A stretch of 62,600 nt of DNA, filler included, from Sanchytrium tribonematis (taxonomy: Eukaryota), in the NCBI GenBank assembly GCA_018985235.1. It is 21 parts of 21 records of this genome, joined end to end, with 100 filler letters (N's around TTAATTAATTAA, not from the genome) between each part and the next. Parts side by side here need not be neighbours in the genome. Positions count along the whole stretch, not along the records: positions 58,375 to 60,439 come from JADGIG010001131.1; positions 60,540 to 62,600 come from JADGIG010001132.1; 19 more parts are not named here. One strand, given 5' to 3'. Under the pieces are notes generated by a model, which made no database searches, was not told the origin of the DNA, and saw only the letters and a list, made by a program, of their open reading frames with translations. This document shows positions 58,375-62,600 of this stretch, one piece after another. How positions within the stretch are numbered: position 1 is the first letter of the stretch; the number at the start of each line of letters is the position of its first letter. The position numbers were made by a program, and so were the translations under genes.

Positions 58375-58964
58375 ATTTGGCTGGTGTGATGTACAAATCA
58401 CCCTCATTTATGGAAAGTTTAAAAGTATTTGCCAGAAAATTTAAGATTTCAATCAACTTAAAAGACATCAGAAAAAACATCGCTGATCGTATTGAAAGAT
58501 TTAAAAAAAACAGAAATGGTGCGACAGCAGGAACAAGCAGTACATCGGAAACGCTGCAGGGTAATGTGGCTGATTCAAATGCGCAATCAACAGAGCGCCA
58601 AAGAGAAACAAATGGAGAACTACAATCTTTAAGGGTGTCCGGAAATGACGCGACAACAAATGAAGGTCAACCAGAAAGTCAAAATGCTGAAAGAACTGGT
58701 TGGTCAGATGTGGGATCACCAGCTAGAAAAACCAGATTACAAGACATGTTGAGTCGCATTTCAGTGCCAGAAATTCCAAAATTTTCTGGAGTTAGCTCAA
58801 AAATTGCTAGTTCCTTGAGAAATTTGAATCCAATCAAGGGTAGTTTCTCATCATATTCTCCTCTATTGGATGTACCAGACTTGAGAACAACTGCATCACG
58901 AGAAATCGGCGGATTAAATAGTGAGGGACTTAGAGCACAACCTCGAACGGCCCTAGTTAAATAA
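58375..58964 (+). CDS. Lineage-specific protein C-terminus (paralog of 59854)
   Basis: Y..P.F....K.FA.KFKI.I motif shared with the downstream gene. Confidence 0.6.
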
Positions 58965-58992
58965 ATTCTTCACTTTCAAACATTGCAACAAA

Positions 58993-59619
58993 ATGCAATT
59001 CAATTTATTCAAATCAAATCTACTCACAAATCATCAAACTAAACAGTGTAGTACATTATTTAGTCAGCATTATGGTAAATGGGATATCAATGGACCACAT
59101 CCACATCAAAATATCAAATTATCCCCTCATAAATTGAAATCAGATTATTTAACCAATTCATATATAATAATATGCACCATTCATGAGAATATAGTCGGAC
59201 ATGCCATTTATGTATTATTTGATTATGATTTGCGACATGTAGCATGGATTACTCAATTAATCGTGCATACAGATTATAGACATCAACGAATTGCCACTCA
59301 ACTCATCCAACATATTACAAAAGAGGATATAGATATATGTGGAATAGCCAGTTGTCATCCATTTGCATTAAAAGCTGTTTTAAATGCTACTTTGAGTAAA
59401 ATTAACAAGAAATTTATTGCAAATCATTTAATGGGTATTTTAAAAGCATCTCAAGTGGAATATTTAATAAATTGTCAAGTTGATTTGAATAAAAGTGTAA
59501 TTTATTCTCATTATTATGTGAATCATGATGAGATTCGTATATGGATGACTGAGTGGATGTTGGGACCATTGGAGATTGGATGTGAATATATTATAATTGT
59601 AGAGAATCAAAATAAATAG
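58993..59619 (+). CDS. GNAT acetyltransferase
   Basis: WITQLIVH.DYR...IAT.L; G.AS.HP. Confidence 0.85.
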   Translation: MQFNLFKSNLLTNHQTKQCSTLFSQHYGKWDINGPHPHQNIKLSPHKLKSDYLTNSYIIICTIHENIVGHAIYVLFDYDLRHVAWITQLIVHTDYRHQRIATQLIQHITKEDIDICGIASCHPFALKAVLNATLSKINKKFIANHLMGILKASQVEYLINCQVDLNKSVIYSHYYVNHDEIRIWMTEWMLGPLEIGCEYIIIVENQNK

Positions 59620-59853
59620 AATTTTGAATTGAGGCAAATTGTGTTTCAATCTGATTCGTCACATAATCCCGAGACGAGTCTATTGCTCCAATGAGTGTAG
59701 TTTACAAAGTCTGTCAGACCCTGTCATTGGTTCTCGGTGTTTTCTTTCCTTTAATCAGATCTGTCTTTGGTGTTGATTTGTTCGCAGTACTATGAACGGT
59801 CTGAAATTCTTAAATTTGTTTATAAAAGTATCTGATTACTTTTAACATTCAAT

Positions 59854-60439
59854 ATGATGATCTTCTTGCAACTTTTATTAGCTTCAGTCCCCAATGACCC
59901 AGCAAATGTTCAAGCTAAAACTTCTAGTGGTATTTCTGCAAACAGAGATATTATGGATCTTTTAAATCCAGATATACCTCTAGATTCAATTAAATTTGAT
60001 GCTTTTGCCAACAACCCAAAATTACTCGAGGCATTGCTGAGAACCATGGATTCCCAGATTATATTAAATTCCATCAATCGTGACACCAAAAGAAAATTGA
60101 TTGATATTCAAGACAAGTTCCTAGGAGACATGATATTTCAATCAATGGAGCCAAACGGCCCCGACTTTTACAACGAACTATCAAAGTTCAAGCATATTGC
60201 AAAAGAATCTGGATTGAATGCGGCTTTGGAACAATACCCACAATATAAGAAAGAAGTAAAGGAATTTGTGTCTTCTAAATACACGCCTGATCCTAATCTT
60301 ACAGTAGGAGAGAATCCCAATTTCGAATATCAACCCCCAACATTCAAGGATTACGCAAAAGCATTTGCAAAAAAATTCAAAATACCAATAGATTGGAGTA
60401 AAATTCAAACTTCTTTATCGAATCTTAAAGATCGCTTTA
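59854..60439 (+). CDS. Secreted lineage-specific protein, truncated
   Basis: Short signal peptide MMIFLQLLLA; shared paralog motif. Confidence 0.65.
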
Positions 60440-60543
60440 NNNNNNNNNNNNNNNNNNNNNNNNNNNNNNNNNNNNNNNNNNNNTTAATTAATTAANNNNN
60501 NNNNNNNNNNNNNNNNNNNNNNNNNNNNNNNNNNNNNNNTTCT

Positions 60544-61435
60544 ATGACTCTATTCCCTCTACTCATCATCAATGCCATTCCAAACTATTCATTAAATACC
60601 CCTTTACTCTCAATACTTCCAAATCAAATCACATTAAATTGTTTATTAACACTTGATATGTTAATGTGGCAAAATTCAATTTATTTGACTTTAAATCACA
60701 AATCTGATGCAATAGATCAACACACGTGCATCTATACCACACACAACAATGCCTATTATCTAAACATCTACAAATTATCAATCTTCAATGAATATCAAAT
60801 GACAAAGCAATCTATTCAAATATTACCACATTCAGAGCATGAATGGACTATTTCTAATGCAAATCATGAATATCCATATCCATATATTCAAATAGATGCA
60901 TTAAAATGCTTTCCACGTCAATTTGAGTTGATTTCATTCCAATTAAATTGCCAAATTCAAAATCAATTATTTACCATTTCTTTTCATTCTATTGCAAAAC
61001 AGACAATAATTGATGTTGGATCTAATAAATTAACTGTCATTGGATCGTATTATAATAGGGTGGAATATGAATTGGTGTTTTTATGGAATGTGACAAAATT
61101 GGGAAATGGATTTGTGACACAATTTGGTGAAGAACCACTCACGTATTACTATATGCAAGTTAATGAGACAAAAGTGGATCTAAATTGTAACATTAGTAAA
61201 TTTAGATGATTGTTTTCATCAATTAAAACAAATTATGGTGGTCCATTTCAATTCATCCCGAGTGGCAATGCTGGATAGATATTATCTTGAAGTCAACTTG
61301 TATTTAATGGTGATTAGCGATGAAAACAATTCTGAACAAAGCAATGTGGAATACGTGAATGGAAAAATGACAATGAGACCATTAGTTTGGGTTGCTGGTG
61401 AATTAAGAGTTTATTGCACACTCGTGCATAAATAA
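60544..61435 (+). CDS. Hypothetical secreted beta-rich protein; 19-nt intron at 61187-61205
   Basis: Intron GTAACATTAGTAAATTTAG joins the 60544 and 61235 ORFs in frame. Confidence 0.7.
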
Positions 61436-61453
61436 ATGATTAGAAATCTCAAT

Positions 61454-62080
61454 TTATTTCATTTTAACCAAATCCAAATCACGCAATGCTTGTTGAAATA
61501 ATTGATTTTGAACTTCTTTTTTAGCCAATTCAGAATCAACACGATTCATGACATTGGATAACATACGTTGTTTTTCACCTTCTGCAATACTAGATTCAAA
61601 TCGATTCCATGCATCTAATTTCTGTTTAATCATTTGAGTCAATTCAATTTGTTGTTTCAATTCAAATTCTTGTTTTTGTAAATCTACCATTTCTTTACTC
61701 AATTGGAACAATGATTTGGTTTCATTGACAATATTGGATAATTTACCACGTTCTTCTACTTGATTAGAGACCAATTTAGAGTGATTTTCACGAGCAGATG
61801 TGAATAATTTCTTCATATTGGAGATATACGCATCTGCAGTCTCTAAATAGGCTGGTTTGCCTTGTTTATACATGATTGCAATAATAGTGGCAAAACTAGC
61901 AAGTAAAATAGAATCCTCTGTGAATACATACAATTCTTTACTGACTGCAAATGCTGTGGCACTGGCTAATAAAGTAAAAGTAGTTGTATTTCTGAGGGTG
62001 TTGGTGGCTGGTAATTTGTTTAATAGCTGGTCTGCTTTGGTTTTTGGATCCAATTTGTTACGAAGTAATCGAGTCAACAT
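61454..62080 (-). CDS. ATP4: Mitochondrial ATP synthase subunit b
   Basis: DPK.KA..LL..LP...A.AVSKELYV..E; K.KLD.W.R.E. Confidence 0.93.
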   Translation of the reverse strand: MLTRLLRNKLDPKTKADQLLNKLPATNTLRNTTTFTLLASATAFAVSKELYVFTEDSILLASFATIIAIMYKQGKPAYLETADAYISNMKKLFTSARENHSKLVSNQVEERGKLSNIVNETKSLFQLSKEMVDLQKQEFELKQQIELTQMIKQKLDAWNRFESSIAEGEKQRMLSNVMNRVDSELAKKEVQNQLFQQALRDLDLVKMK

Positions 62081-62113
62081 GTGTTTTATCCCTTTGAAAA
62101 ATATTTATAAAAT

Positions 62114-62600
62114 TTATTTGGATTCTTTTTTACGTTTTCCTTGCATCTTATCTTCATTCACTTTCATATATTCAAAGACACCTTTCATACCACTTCTGAC
62201 TACTTCAATTGGAGGATCAATTAATGGATTATCATCTAGGACGAAAAACTAGATAAAATTAAATTACTTGTAAAGTGCCAGTATCTAATGCTGCTAATTC
62301 AGATGGAAGAACTTGAATCTTGTTATGAGAGACATCTAATCTGATTAATCTGTTTAATAAACTCACAGATTTAGGAACAGATCCCAATTGATTCTCTCTG
62401 GCCTCTAAAACTTGAAGAGGCAATTGACCCACGCCTTCAGGAAGAATGGTGATTCTATTACGATTTACGAATAGTTTCTCAAGATTTTTAAAGTTGTAAA
62501 TATTCTCTGGCAACTGCAAAAGGAGATTATTGCTCAAATCCAATTCGGCGAGGTTGTAACATTGCAAGATTTGAATTGGGATCAAATCAAAATAATTATG
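62114..62600 (-). CDS. LRR protein C-terminus; 19-nt intron at 62249-62267
   Basis: LRR repeats; splicing GTAATTTAATTTTATCTAG restores the cap LDDNPLIDPPIEVVRSG...VFEYM. Confidence 0.9.

Noticed and set aside
2143..60539. TTAATTAATTAA as a biological repeat or piggyBac TTAA site; ORFs ending in X runs
   Set aside because: It is always embedded in N44 runs, so it is an assembly linker, and gene adjacency across it is meaningless
11710..62600. TAA/TAG reassigned to Gln, as in some aphelids
   Set aside because: Conserved proteins end at TAA at the expected C-termini, long CDSs have no internal TAR codons, and early stops are resolved by tiny introns

Overview
The window is not one locus. It is 21 eukaryotic contigs (mostly about 2.1 kb, one of 18.6 kb at 11161-29784) joined by artificial 100-bp N44-TTAATTAATTAA-N44 linkers. 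Most contigs come from an AT-rich, extremely compact genome of an early-diverging flagellated fungus; a sanchytrid-like algal parasite is my inference, not a proven identification. It carries housekeeping genes (MAK16, ERD2, OST3, VTC4, SNX4, RPS0, RPL38, SPT4, ATP4) and centriole/axoneme genes (CEP164, CFAP52, HYLS1-like). Eight GT-AG introns of only 19-20 nt restore reading frames, most with recognisable conserved C-termini, and they cluster near gene 3' ends. Mobile elements include a Crypton tyrosine recombinase, a Sola-type relic interrupted by a hAT-like end, a degenerate Ty3/gypsy, a LINE RT-RNase H with a poly(A) tail, and a polyprotein with ubiquitin-like domains fused to an APE endonuclease. 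Two 28S rDNA contigs carry five group I introns, one present in one contig and absent in the other. Also seen are a stand-alone Pol-gamma exonuclease and ATKDD-repeat/nuclease genes. One GC-rich contig (2243-4380, kinesin-II tail) belongs to a different organism, probably an algal host, and has decayed copies of splice junctions inside its introns.
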